In this document: piece by piece, positions 47,299 to 59,765 of the stretch
Layout: each line of letters starts with the position of its first letter
Position numbering within the stretch: the stretch's first letter is position 1
Assembly: GCA_963713725.1 (NCBI GenBank)
Contig: CAVQMZ010000017.1
Span: 37,242 to 101,241, forward strand
Length of the DNA: 64,000 nucleotides
Direction: 5' to 3'
Source of the DNA: an uncultured Bacteroidota bacterium
Lineage (GTDB): Bacteria; Bacteroidota; Bacteroidia; Bacteroidales; GCA-2748055
Program-made: the position numbers and the translations under genes
Notes under the pieces: generated by a model
The model's database searches: none
What the model saw: the letters and a program-made list of their open reading frames with translations, nothing else
What the model was told of the DNA's origin: nothing

Positions 47299-47964
47299 AT
47301 GACGGATAAGGCACATTACGCAGTTGTCGCTGGAGAATTAGCCCCTGGTTCGAAGATCCCTGATAAGCAACTCACAAAAATCCCCGACCTGATCAGGGCG
47401 TCATTTCAGACCGTAAACCGTCTGGTAGAGGGAAAAGGAAAACTGAGTTACGAGATTATTCGCATGGACGAGTTTCTGGCCATGTCAGAGTCTCCCCTGC
47501 ATTGCCTTCGATCCGTGATTATGCTTTTCAGCGCATTCAGATTTCTATCATACAAGGAGTTAAATGAAAGGCTCGATCTAAAGATCAGCATTGGAATAGG
47601 TCCCGTTGAATTTGCCCGGGAACACCTCAGGGAATCGGATGGGACTGCATTCAGGGCTGCAACCGAGGGCAACAGGAACATGAAGCGCAAACAGCGTATT
47701 CAGATCATCACTCCCTCTGAGGCCCTCAATGGTGAGTTTGAACTCACTTGCTCTTTTATGGATATTCTGATCCATGATTGGTCGGACGAACAGGCTGAAG
47801 CCATGTTCCTCAACCTGACCGGTAAAAATCAGATGGAGATCAGCCAGATGCTGAATATATCCCAGCCTGCAGTGAATCGCAGACTGAAGGCGGCTCATTT
47901 TGATACGATCCACAAATTCATTAATCGCTTCGAACAAATCATTCAAACCTCCGAAGACCAATGA
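47299..47964 (+). CDS. SatD-like protein with C-terminal sigma-70 region-4/LuxR-like HTH (putative regulator)
   Basis: 221 aa. The N-terminus YAVVAGELAPGSKIP... resembles SatD-family starts. The C-terminus is LTGKNQMEISQMLNISQPAVNRRLKAA (HTH). Confidence 0.45.
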   Translation: MTDKAHYAVVAGELAPGSKIPDKQLTKIPDLIRASFQTVNRLVEGKGKLSYEIIRMDEFLAMSESPLHCLRSVIMLFSAFRFLSYKELNERLDLKISIGIGPVEFAREHLRESDGTAFRAATEGNRNMKRKQRIQIITPSEALNGEFELTCSFMDILIHDWSDEQAEAMFLNLTGKNQMEISQMLNISQPAVNRRLKAAHFDTIHKFINRFEQIIQTSEDQ

Positions 47965-50384
47965 AAGCTGCTCACTGGATTATATTAAGCCTGACCTGCA
48001 TTTTTTCCATATGGTTTGTATACCGGACCAGGGATACCGAACCCAGGAAAGAGAGCTCACTGGATCTGAACTGGCACTTCATCCTTGGCGATCCTGAGGG
48101 TGCCTCCAGTCCCACCTTTAATGATTCCAGGTGGCGTTATGTGACCATTCCCCACGACTGGATGATTGAACAGCCTGTGAAGGAAACTAATCCATCCGGA
48201 ATAGCAGGTGGATATTACCCTGGTGGAATTGCCTGGTACAGAAAAAGTCTCGATTTGAGTTCTTTTGAGGAAAACGAACAGTTTTACCTTCTTTTCGAAG
48301 GTGTTTACCGGAATGCAGATGTGTATTTTAATGGCATACACATGGGCAATCATGCCTATGGATATACCAGCTTTTACTATGACATATCGGAACACATCAG
48401 AAAAGACACACTGAATATTATTGCGGTCCGTACCGATTGCAGCCAGATGCCCTGGGATCGCTGGTATTCGGGGGCAGGCATTTTCAGGCCGGTCAAACTG
48501 ATTGCAAGCTCCCCCCTGCACATACCTCCATGGGGAAACTGGGCCAGCTCAAGCCTTGACAGTACAGGTAAAGCTACACTCCAGGTATCCACTGAAATTA
48601 AAAATATGGGGCGAAAGGGCCAGAGATATGATCTTCGTTACGACATTGTGGGGCCAGGAGGCAGGCTTGTGGCTGAAGCCCAGAGCACCAGTTTTGTAGA
48701 AGGAGGAGGGTCTGACACAACAGCCCACATCTTCCAGATTGAGGCGCCCTTGCTATGGTCGCCTGAAACACCTCAGTTGTACACAGTAAATTGCTATCTG
48801 AAGGATGGAAACAAAATTCTTGATCACACCCAGACCATACACGGAATACGATCAGCCCGGTTCGATCCCAATCTTGGCTTCATCCTGAATGGCGAAAAAA
48901 AGATGCTGAAAGGCGTATGTCTCCATCATGATGGCGGTGAATTGGGAGCTGCAGTACCCATGGAAAGCTGGAGAAGAAGACTGCTCATCCTTAAGGAATT
49001 GGGTGTTAACGCGGTGAGACTTGCCCACAACCCTCATGCTCCTGGTATGCTGGATTTGTGTGATGAGCTTGGGTTTATGGTGATCAATGAAATGTACGAC
49101 AAATGGGAAGAATCCTGGTGGGAAGGTCAGGTGAATACGGATATGGCGAATCACTGGGAAAGTGACCTGGCCGACTTCGTCCGACGTGACCGCAACCACC
49201 CTTCAGTTATTCTCTGGAGTGTGGGAAATGAAACCGTGGAGCAACTGAGTAATCCCGAGCGGGGTGTGGAAATCTATACCTCTCTCGTGGATCTGGTCAG
49301 GTCCATAGACCCCACCCGTGAAGTGACCTGCGGACTTCACCCGGGTAAGGCCAGTGAGGGTCATGAAATTCCATCGAGCCTCATGCATGTTTCACCGGTG
49401 GTTTCCTACAATTACAGAAGTGACTCTTTTGCCACCTGGCATGCGCAATACCCCAATATGATCTTCCTTGCATCGGAAACAAGGGCCTATGCCAATGAAA
49501 TACCCGATGATTACAGGAAGCTGGATTACACAGACAACTCATGGAACAAGATGGAAGAGTTTGTGGCCGGACAGTTCATATGGGCAGGCATTGACTACCT
49601 GGGAGAATCGGGAGGATGGCCCTCCAGAGGATGGGAAACCGGCCTTATGCGTACCAATGGTTTTATCAAGCCACACGCCTGGTACATCGGATCCAGATAC
49701 AGGGAAGATCCCATGGTCAAACTGACTGTGCTTGATACGGTAATGGCCGACGCAAAGAACAAACTCAATAGCTGGCAGAAGAGCTGGATGGGCGCCCCTC
49801 TTGTGGATCACTGGACATTCGGACCGGAAACAGACACCGGCATGGTGGTGATCTTTACCAATTGCGAAAGAATCGAATTAAGTCTGAACAATAAAATACT
49901 GGCATCACTGGAACGAAGTGAATTTAACGACGGTGTTATTCGTTCTGCCATACCCTATGAAAGGGGTGAACTTCTGGCAACTGCCTTCTATATGGATGAT
50001 TATGGAAGGGAGCAAAAAGTGACAGACACCCTGCGAAGCGCTGATAAGGCCTATGCACTTGCCATGGAACCAGACCGGCAAAGGCTAAGCTCAGAAAACA
50101 GGGATGTGGTCCACATCACTACACGTGTGGTGGACAGCACCGGAACCCTGAATCCTGACAGCCGGCACCAGGTGAATTATACCCTGGATGGTCCCGGCCG
50201 GATCCGTGTCATAGACAACGGCGACCTGACTGACCATACTTCTTTGGGATCAAGTTCAAAGGAAGTCAGGCGAGGAAAACAACTTCTCATACTTCAGGCC
50301 GGAAGTGAGCCGGGAGACCTGATTATTAATGCAAGTGCTGAAGGCCTAAAACCTTCCAGAGTTCAAATCAAGTCCACTGAATAA
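47961..50384 (+). CDS. glycoside hydrolase family 2 protein (beta-galactosidase/glucuronidase-like)
   Basis: 807 aa with WRYVTIPHDW, GIAWYRK, GVNAVRLAHNP, NEMYD and WSVGNE (GH2 acid/base region). Confidence 0.85.
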   Translation: MKAAHWIILSLTCIFSIWFVYRTRDTEPRKESSLDLNWHFILGDPEGASSPTFNDSRWRYVTIPHDWMIEQPVKETNPSGIAGGYYPGGIAWYRKSLDLSSFEENEQFYLLFEGVYRNADVYFNGIHMGNHAYGYTSFYYDISEHIRKDTLNIIAVRTDCSQMPWDRWYSGAGIFRPVKLIASSPLHIPPWGNWASSSLDSTGKATLQVSTEIKNMGRKGQRYDLRYDIVGPGGRLVAEAQSTSFVEGGGSDTTAHIFQIEAPLLWSPETPQLYTVNCYLKDGNKILDHTQTIHGIRSARFDPNLGFILNGEKKMLKGVCLHHDGGELGAAVPMESWRRRLLILKELGVNAVRLAHNPHAPGMLDLCDELGFMVINEMYDKWEESWWEGQVNTDMANHWESDLADFVRRDRNHPSVILWSVGNETVEQLSNPERGVEIYTSLVDLVRSIDPTREVTCGLHPGKASEGHEIPSSLMHVSPVVSYNYRSDSFATWHAQYPNMIFLASETRAYANEIPDDYRKLDYTDNSWNKMEEFVAGQFIWAGIDYLGESGGWPSRGWETGLMRTNGFIKPHAWYIGSRYREDPMVKLTVLDTVMADAKNKLNSWQKSWMGAPLVDHWTFGPETDTGMVVIFTNCERIELSLNNKILASLERSEFNDGVIRSAIPYERGELLATAFYMDDYGREQKVTDTLRSADKAYALAMEPDRQRLSSENRDVVHITTRVVDSTGTLNPDSRHQVNYTLDGPGRIRVIDNGDLTDHTSLGSSSKEVRRGKQLLILQAGSEPGDLIINASAEGLKPSRVQIKSTE

Positions 50385-50391
50385 TACAGAT

Positions 50392-50619
50392 ATGGATAAA
50401 CGAATCGCTCCAACCATCATCCTTATAGTAACGATCTTTCTGATCCTTGCATATACAGGAGTCCTTCTATATGCATTTTCCCAGGAAGGCCTCGGACTGA
50501 TCTGGAAAATTATAATCATCATCGTTCCCCTTGGAATCATTGGGACACTTCTGGGTGTTTATGTGGAAAGATTGAAGGAAATCAAGGAAGAAGACCCCGA
50601 GGATATGAGTAAATACTGA
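50392..50619 (+). CDS. small two-TM membrane protein, hypothetical
   Basis: 75 aa with two hydrophobic helices and an acidic tail. Confidence 0.4.
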   Translation: MDKRIAPTIILIVTIFLILAYTGVLLYAFSQEGLGLIWKIIIIIVPLGIIGTLLGVYVERLKEIKEEDPEDMSKY

Positions 50620-50620
50620 A

Positions 50621-50935
50621 TTATTTCACCCACTTCCAGCCTGATCTTAGCTGTTCCTTTACCACGCCTTCTTTCACATGGTATCTTTCGATGTGATTTT
50701 CCTCCATATTCAGGTCATCGATCACAAAACCAATATCAGGAAAGAGTGAAGTTGCTTCAATGATCATATCCACCACCGGTCCGCTCTTCTCAAGAACAAT
50801 AGTGGCAGAATATTTCTGGTCGCCCCTTGGCTTAAAGACATAATCTGTATGATGCTCCATCCCGAATGCGTGATGTACTTCAGTCTGGGTGTCTGCATCA
50901 AGAGGGCTTGAAGACTTAATGGTCAGTACTTTCAT
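50621..50935 (-). CDS. hypothetical protein
   Basis: 104-aa ORF that fills the gap between flanking genes. No family recognised. Confidence 0.35.
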   Translation of the reverse strand: MKVLTIKSSSPLDADTQTEVHHAFGMEHHTDYVFKPRGDQKYSATIVLEKSGPVVDMIIEATSLFPDIGFVIDDLNMEENHIERYHVKEGVVKEQLRSGWKWVK

Positions 50936-50991
50936 TTTTATTCCTTGTGTTCAATAAAAATAGGTATTTTAGAAACAAAATTTCTCGAATC

Positions 50992-51315
50992 ATGGAAAAA
51001 CTAATCCCCCAATATAACACGGAGACTATTCCGGGCCAGAAATATGAGCTCTTAGGCATTGTTAAGGGATCGATGATCCAGTCAAAACATATTGGAAAAG
51101 ACATCGCCAATATGCTGAAATCCATCGTTGGAGGAGAGCTGAGGGGATACTCGGAAATGATCAATGAAGCACGTGCTATGGCCTCAAAAAGGATGATGAC
51201 TGAAGCTGAAAAACTGGGAGCTGATGCTGTTGTTAATGTCAGATATACAACCAGCAATGTGATGCAGAGTGCAGCTGAAATTCTGGTTTACGGCACTGCC
51301 GTAAAATTTATTTAG
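50992..51315 (+). CDS. YbjQ/UPF0145 family protein
   Basis: ORF 50947-51315 (GTG); the first ATG, MEKLIPQYNTETIPG, is at 50992. The segment GIVKGSMIQSKHIGKDI...GGE...Y...ARAMA...M...A..LGADAVVNVRY is typical of YbjQ. Confidence 0.8.
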   Translation: MEKLIPQYNTETIPGQKYELLGIVKGSMIQSKHIGKDIANMLKSIVGGELRGYSEMINEARAMASKRMMTEAEKLGADAVVNVRYTTSNVMQSAAEILVYGTAVKFI

Positions 51316-53365
51316 CGCTTTTCCTGGCAGCGCGAATGCCGATGAAAATGGTGGAACCTATACCCGGGACGCTCTCAATTTTCATCCAGCCCTTGTTGCT
51401 CTGTACGATTTCATTGCAGATATTGAGTCCGAGTCCGGAGCCCTTCTCCCCTTTTGTACCATTGGTGGAATAATGTGTATTGGAATCGAAAAGTTTCGAT
51501 TTTACCGAGTCCGGTATGCCAATCCCCGTATCCCGGATCGAAATCACAAGCTCCCCTTTCTCCTTCTTTGAAGAGATATAAATACTACCTTTTTCGGGTG
51601 TAAACTTAATGGCATTGCTCAGCAGGTTTCTGATAACCACATATAACTGGTCCCTGTCTGCCATGAGAAAATGCTCCTCACTGATGAAAACCTCCACCTT
51701 CAGTTTCTTTTCGCGGATGCCAATATTCACCAGTTCAAGACTTTCATCGATCAATTCCTTTAGCTGGAATCTAACCGGATTTGCCTTCAAACGACCGGTT
51801 TGTGACCTGCCCCATACAAGCAGGTTATCCAGAAGATTGTAGGTGCTCTCCGAAGAACTGGCCATCATCTGCAAAAGTTCATCCCGATCAGCTTTCGGAA
51901 TCTCTTTGTTTTCAACCAGCATCTCCAGTGCCTGGCGGATATAGCCAATGGGGGCCCTGATATCATGACCAATGATGGAAAAAAGTTTGTTTCTGGCATG
52001 CATTGCCTCAAGCAGCTCGCTATTAGACTTTTCAAGTTGTTGCTTTTGAATTTTCAATTCACTCGAAACTTCCCTTAACTCTGATGTCCTCACTTCCACC
52101 TGCTGCTCCAGGTTGTTTCTCACCTTACTCAATTCGGAGGTGAGCTTTTCAGCCTCACTCTGCAGGTGGTTTGATTTATCAGCAAAAATATAAGCGTAAA
52201 TCAGCAGGTAGAAGAACATTGTGTAGTGTACAAAATAGGGCGAATCGATCATGTCGATTTCATTGAGCAAATCATTCAGAGACCCGAAGAAAAGAATCAA
52301 CAGACCCATGGAGAATGCAAAGGTATGACTCCTTCCCCGGGACCATGCCAGGAGGATTACATACATAAAAACTCCTGAGAAGAGGAGGAAAAATATAATA
52401 AACCAGGGCAGTGTGAACGAAAACAGGCTGATGGGTGTAAGTACAACAAATAAAATAAAAGCTCCCGATACCCAGAGTATGGTTTTAAAGGCCCACTTCG
52501 GAAAATCATAGGGAAAGATGGAATGAATCATCAGGGTAAAGAAGGGGGCCAGGAAGTAAATATTCAGAAACTCGAGTCTGGCTATGGTAAGCCCGTTTAA
52601 ATTGAGGGTTTCAATCACCGGCACCTGTACGATCATTGCTACGCGCATAGCCATTAACATGCATATAAATGCGAAATAAACCCGGTATTGTTCGGGCCGG
52701 ATCAGATAAAGACCCAGGAAGTAAAAACCAATAATCAGGAAAGCTCCAATGAGAAGATGACCCCTGAACAGATCTTTCTGCCTTTGCTCAGTCATTTGTT
52801 CCGGAAGCCCCATGGTAATCCCACCAATAATTCCACTGTTTCGATGACTAAAGTTTGATACTTTAATCAGCAACTCTAATTCGGAACCCAGGAAACTACC
52901 AGTAATGAGGGGTTTATTATAATCTACAAGGGTTTGGTACTTATTAACGCCAGGAAATCCCAGGTAATCAACGGCTTTCCCATTCAGAAAAAATCCCGAT
53001 GCAGAATAGATTTTTTCGGCTCTGAAGGAGAGCCTGTTCACCCCCTCGGGTAAAAGAATAATCAATCTGTAGCTTGCAAATCCATAACGCTCAATTTCCG
53101 GCAATTGCTTCCTCAAAAGGTACCATGATCCGGGTACCTGAATATGGTTGACCACACCAGAATCACTTTCTACAGCCGGATTTAGCATCTGGTTCCAGTA
53201 GAATTCAAAATCACCTTTCAATTCAAGAGGGCCCTCTGACTTAAAATTATACTGACGAAGATCTAATACACCTCCAATGGCCACAGGAGAGTTTTCCTTT
53301 GCCAGGAGGCTGGCCTGGACCATAATAAGTAGTCCGATAATATATTTTAGGGAACGGATATACAT
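51308..53365 (-). CDS. 7TMR-DISM sensor histidine kinase
   Basis: 685 aa. It has a signal and extracellular domain, seven TM helices, a coiled coil, the HisKA H-box FSIIGHDIRAPI and HATPase N/G boxes (LLSNAIKFT, DTGIGI, GSGLGL). Confidence 0.85.
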   Translation of the reverse strand: MYIRSLKYIIGLLIMVQASLLAKENSPVAIGGVLDLRQYNFKSEGPLELKGDFEFYWNQMLNPAVESDSGVVNHIQVPGSWYLLRKQLPEIERYGFASYRLIILLPEGVNRLSFRAEKIYSASGFFLNGKAVDYLGFPGVNKYQTLVDYNKPLITGSFLGSELELLIKVSNFSHRNSGIIGGITMGLPEQMTEQRQKDLFRGHLLIGAFLIIGFYFLGLYLIRPEQYRVYFAFICMLMAMRVAMIVQVPVIETLNLNGLTIARLEFLNIYFLAPFFTLMIHSIFPYDFPKWAFKTILWVSGAFILFVVLTPISLFSFTLPWFIIFFLLFSGVFMYVILLAWSRGRSHTFAFSMGLLILFFGSLNDLLNEIDMIDSPYFVHYTMFFYLLIYAYIFADKSNHLQSEAEKLTSELSKVRNNLEQQVEVRTSELREVSSELKIQKQQLEKSNSELLEAMHARNKLFSIIGHDIRAPIGYIRQALEMLVENKEIPKADRDELLQMMASSSESTYNLLDNLLVWGRSQTGRLKANPVRFQLKELIDESLELVNIGIREKKLKVEVFISEEHFLMADRDQLYVVIRNLLSNAIKFTPEKGSIYISSKKEKGELVISIRDTGIGIPDSVKSKLFDSNTHYSTNGTKGEKGSGLGLNICNEIVQSNKGWMKIESVPGIGSTIFIGIRAARKSAK

Positions 53366-53395
53366 GGCTTTTATCCACCCATAAAGTTATATTTT

Positions 53396-54313
53396 TTATC
53401 GAATGATCAATTCCTTTTTTTGGTTTCCCAGATTTAAAACCAACAGAGAAACAGCAATTATGATCATTCCGAGAATGGAAAGCAGTTGCGGCTCCTCCCC
53501 CGGAACCAGAAGCCAGCTCATGGCGGCACCAAAAAGGGGTATCAGAAACTTCCAGAGATTCAGGCTGGAAACCTTTACGCCGGGTCTTTTCAGTAGCGTT
53601 ATCCAGATGGATATGGCAATGGCCGACAAAAGGCTGAGCCAGCCCAGGGAAATATAGTAGGGAGCGGGTTTGGGGTCAAAATGCAGGCCTTCAAATGGAA
53701 GAGAGAACAGGAAGAGGGCAATGCCTCCGATAATCATGGAAGCTGAAGAAATTACCAGGGGAGGGATCTTCTGTTGATCTGAGGCCACCAGCACATTGGT
53801 AAATCCGGACAAAATATTGATGGCCACCATCAGGAGGATTCCTGCCAGGGCAATCTTTCCTGTTATGGAAGATGGATCCTTTCCAAAACTAACCAGGAAC
53901 ACTCCCAGAATACCCGAAAGGATCACCAGGGTTTTAACCAGGGTCATTCGGTCGCCTGGCATCAGGTAGTGGGCTACGATAGCAATAAATAGCGGCTGAG
54001 AACCGATCACAATGGCGGCAATGGCGGCCGGGATCATATTGATTCCCGTATAGAACATCACATATTGCAGAAAGGTCTGCAGAAAGGCAAACAGGAGAAT
54101 CATCTTCAGATTCCTTCGGATTATCCTGAAATATTGGGGATTATTCCTGTAGGCCAGGGGGAATACTATAAAACCGGCAATAAAAAATCTGATACCGGCA
54201 AACTGGAGAGGCGTTGTATACGCTAAGCCTATTTTAACACCGGCAAAGGCTGACGACCAGAGAAGGCAGGATATGATGGCCAGAATGGCCGTGTTAATCC
54301 GTGTGCTGCCCAT
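53396..54313 (-). CDS. DMT superfamily (EamA-like) transporter
   Basis: 305 aa with 10 predicted TM helices in two EamA-like halves. Confidence 0.8.
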   Translation of the reverse strand: MGSTRINTAILAIISCLLWSSAFAGVKIGLAYTTPLQFAGIRFFIAGFIVFPLAYRNNPQYFRIIRRNLKMILLFAFLQTFLQYVMFYTGINMIPAAIAAIVIGSQPLFIAIVAHYLMPGDRMTLVKTLVILSGILGVFLVSFGKDPSSITGKIALAGILLMVAINILSGFTNVLVASDQQKIPPLVISSASMIIGGIALFLFSLPFEGLHFDPKPAPYYISLGWLSLLSAIAISIWITLLKRPGVKVSSLNLWKFLIPLFGAAMSWLLVPGEEPQLLSILGMIIIAVSLLVLNLGNQKKELIIR

Positions 54314-54329
54314 CTGGTTTTACGGACTT

Positions 54330-54776
54330 TTAAATCTTCTTCACGCGAACCGCTGCTGGTCCACGCTGACCTTTTTCAATCTCGAAACTTACCTGATCTC
54401 CTTTTTTAACTTCTCCTTGAAGGTCATTTATATGTACGAATACACTCTGCCCGGTGGCTGATTCGTTGATAAATCCATAGCCTTTTATCTCATTGAAAAA
54501 GGTTAACCTTCCGGTTTTGGCTTTGCGACTGGGAGCATTGGGGTCCATGCGGGGAACACTGATTTCAATCTCACTTACATCAGTCTTCTTCTTACGGGTT
54601 ACATCGGGAGGGGTGTCAGTTAACATTCCATTTTCATCCACGTAAACGATCATATCATCAAAACTGGCACTACCACTATCTTTACGCTCCAGTTTCTTCT
54701 TTTCCTTGTCCTTACGCTTCTTTTCCTTTTTCTTCCTAACTTCCTTTTTTTGAAATGATTCCTGTGATCTACCCAT
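54330..54776 (-). CDS. cold-shock-domain protein with lysine-rich N-terminal extension
   Basis: 148 aa with an N-terminal KKEVRKKKEKKRKDKEKKKLERK tract. The C-terminal CSD reads GRLTFFNEIKGYGFI...VFVHINDL. Confidence 0.75.
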   Translation of the reverse strand: MGRSQESFQKKEVRKKKEKKRKDKEKKKLERKDSGSASFDDMIVYVDENGMLTDTPPDVTRKKKTDVSEIEISVPRMDPNAPSRKAKTGRLTFFNEIKGYGFINESATGQSVFVHINDLQGEVKKGDQVSFEIEKGQRGPAAVRVKKI

Positions 54777-54795
54777 GTAATATTTTAAGAATTAG

Positions 54796-57450
<2,655 letters not shown>

Positions 57451-57505
57451 GGTTTCGACTTTATAGACAGACTTTAAGCTTTATGGACTTTTGGCTTTAC
57501 CGACT
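57451..57505 (-). repeat. TAAAGTC-type octamer repeat spacer
   Basis: In gene sense: TAA-AGTCGGTAAAGCCAAAAGTCCATAAAGCTTAAAGTCTGTCTATAAAGTCGAAACC-ATG. Confidence 0.85.
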
Positions 57506-58414
57506 TTAAGGCCAGAGGGACTCTGGATAAACACCATTATCCACAAGATCCCTGATCGCCTTTAGTACTTTGGGCTTGTCGTCCTGGTAGGTAACACCAA
57601 ACCAGGAAGAGGGCGTTTGCAGAACCGACATCTTTGCAAGGCCGGCATTGATAAGCTCGTCCACTGCAAGGGGAATGAAAAATTCGGCTTTGGGATCATT
57701 GATGTTCTCCTTAATGAAATCCTCAAAAATATCCCCGGCCTTTTTGAAAAAATCGGCGGTGAAGCCAAAAAGATTCATGGATACTGTATCCAGGGCATCC
57801 AGCGGATGAATTGAACCATCTGCATCCTCATAAACTATTTTGCCATCCTCCAGGAAAATTTTCGTGCGTTCGACCATTCCTTCCAGAAAACCATCTTCAT
57901 CCACCTGGCATACTCCACGGGCCACTGAACCATGTTCAGAAACCGTTTTCTGAAGCTGGAATCCAACCATGCAGTAACGACCGGGTTCATCCGGCGTGCT
58001 TTCAGCAAGGAAGTTTTGCATAATCTGGTATGATTCCCTGCCGTAATAGTCATCTGCATTGATTACAGCAAAAGGCCCGTTTATGGCATCCTTTGCCATC
58101 AGTACCGCATGCGCTGTTCCCCAGGGCTTAACCCGGTCGGCTGGTAAACTCATTCCTTCCGGAATGTTATCAATGGACTGGATCACATAATCCACCTTAA
58201 TGTGGGAAGGAAATTTTTTGATATAGTTTGCTTTAAAATCATCCTCCATTTTTGGAGAGATCACAAATACAAAACGATCGAAGCCTGCACGGTGGGCATC
58301 ATAAATGGAATAGTCGGTAATGGTCTCACCAGAAGGGCCAAAGGGATCAACCTGTTTCATTCCGCCATATCGGCTTCCCATCCCTGCAGCTAAAATTAAA
58401 AGCGTTGTATTCAT
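57506..58414 (-). CDS. sugar-phosphate nucleotidyltransferase family protein
   Basis: 302 aa with the N-terminal LILAAGMGSRYGGMKQ motif (G-x-G-t-R type) of NTP-transferases. Confidence 0.75.
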   Translation of the reverse strand: MNTTLLILAAGMGSRYGGMKQVDPFGPSGETITDYSIYDAHRAGFDRFVFVISPKMEDDFKANYIKKFPSHIKVDYVIQSIDNIPEGMSLPADRVKPWGTAHAVLMAKDAINGPFAVINADDYYGRESYQIMQNFLAESTPDEPGRYCMVGFQLQKTVSEHGSVARGVCQVDEDGFLEGMVERTKIFLEDGKIVYEDADGSIHPLDALDTVSMNLFGFTADFFKKAGDIFEDFIKENINDPKAEFFIPLAVDELINAGLAKMSVLQTPSSWFGVTYQDDKPKVLKAIRDLVDNGVYPESLWP

Positions 58415-58512
58415 AGTTTATTCGGTCGATATATTGAATTAAGGTGACACAAAAGTAACTATCGTTTAGAGAAAAAACTATTTTTATTGCCACAACTCTA
58501 AAAACTGAACTA

Positions 58513-59754
58513 ATGAACCAGGCAAGCACTAAAAAGAACAATACCATCATACCACTGATGCTCGTGGGCGTCATGTTTTTTGTAATCGGATTTGGTGTGG
58601 GCATCAGTGGATTCCTGATCCCGGCATTAAAATCTGCCTTTAACCTGACAACCGGTCAATCATACCTGGTAACCGCCGCCATCTTCTCTGCTTTCGTTAT
58701 ATTCGGCAGGCCCACCGGATGGATTATCAAAAAAATAGGGTACAAACGTTCCATGGTACTGGCCTTTCTGATTATGGCCCTCGGCATGTGGCTTTTTGTT
58801 CCCTCATCCAATGCGGTTAGCTTCCCGCTCTTCCTGCTGGCTCTTTTCGTTGGAGGAATCGGCAACACGCTCCTGCAGGGATCGGTTAATCCCTATGTAA
58901 CCATCCTGGGCCCTCTGGATACGGCCGCTGTAAGAATGAGCCTCATGGGCATCATGAACAAAATGGCCTGGTGGCTGGCTCCTGTATTCCTTGGAATCTT
59001 CATCGACCTGAAGGACGTCCAGGTGGGCGATATCATCCTCCCCTTCTATATAGTTACAGGCATCCTCGTGGTACTATCCATTTTTGTATACTTTGCCCCC
59101 CTGCCAGAAGTTAAAGCCGAAGGCGAGGATGAAGAGACTGCAGACGCATCATCATATGCCGCAGGTAAAACCAGCGTTTTACAATTTCCTCACCTGATAC
59201 TGGGCGTTTTGGCCCTCTTCCTCTATGTGGGAATCGAAACCCTGCCTATGGCCTCAATTATTGGCTTTGCCAAAGCCACCTTCGGGGATGTGGATAATTT
59301 GCAATCCTATGCCAAATTTGTAACCATGGGACTGGTGGCCGGCTATATTTTCGGTGTTATTGCCATTCCGAAATTTGTATCTCAGACCAGGGCCCTGATA
59401 GCATTTGCAGTACTTGGGATTATCTCCACGATATTACTCATTTACCTCCCGCCTAAATTTGCCTTTTATGCACTGCTTCTGGCAAGCTTCTCCAACTCAC
59501 TGATGTGGCCGGCCATCTGGCCCCTGGCCATGAAGGACCTGGGCAAATTTACAAAAGCAGGGGCTTCGCTCCTGGTAATGGCTATTGTGGGTGGGGCAGT
59601 TATTCCTCTGGCATTCGGAGGCATTGTGGATGCTGTGAAAACTACCGAAACAGCCCTGGTTGGAGATTACCAGACAGCCTACTGGATCATGGTACCCTGC
59701 TACATTTTCATCCTCTATTTTGCTGTCTGGGGAAATAAAATAAGAACCAAATAA
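58513..59754 (+). CDS. sugar MFS transporter (FucP/GluP glucose-galactose family)
   Basis: 413 aa with 12 TM helices. The N-terminus ...FFVIGFGVGISGFLIPALK is typical of the family. Confidence 0.8.
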   Translation: MNQASTKKNNTIIPLMLVGVMFFVIGFGVGISGFLIPALKSAFNLTTGQSYLVTAAIFSAFVIFGRPTGWIIKKIGYKRSMVLAFLIMALGMWLFVPSSNAVSFPLFLLALFVGGIGNTLLQGSVNPYVTILGPLDTAAVRMSLMGIMNKMAWWLAPVFLGIFIDLKDVQVGDIILPFYIVTGILVVLSIFVYFAPLPEVKAEGEDEETADASSYAAGKTSVLQFPHLILGVLALFLYVGIETLPMASIIGFAKATFGDVDNLQSYAKFVTMGLVAGYIFGVIAIPKFVSQTRALIAFAVLGIISTILLIYLPPKFAFYALLLASFSNSLMWPAIWPLAMKDLGKFTKAGASLLVMAIVGGAVIPLAFGGIVDAVKTTETALVGDYQTAYWIMVPCYIFILYFAVWGNKIRTK

Positions 59755-59765
59755 GATATTTATTC

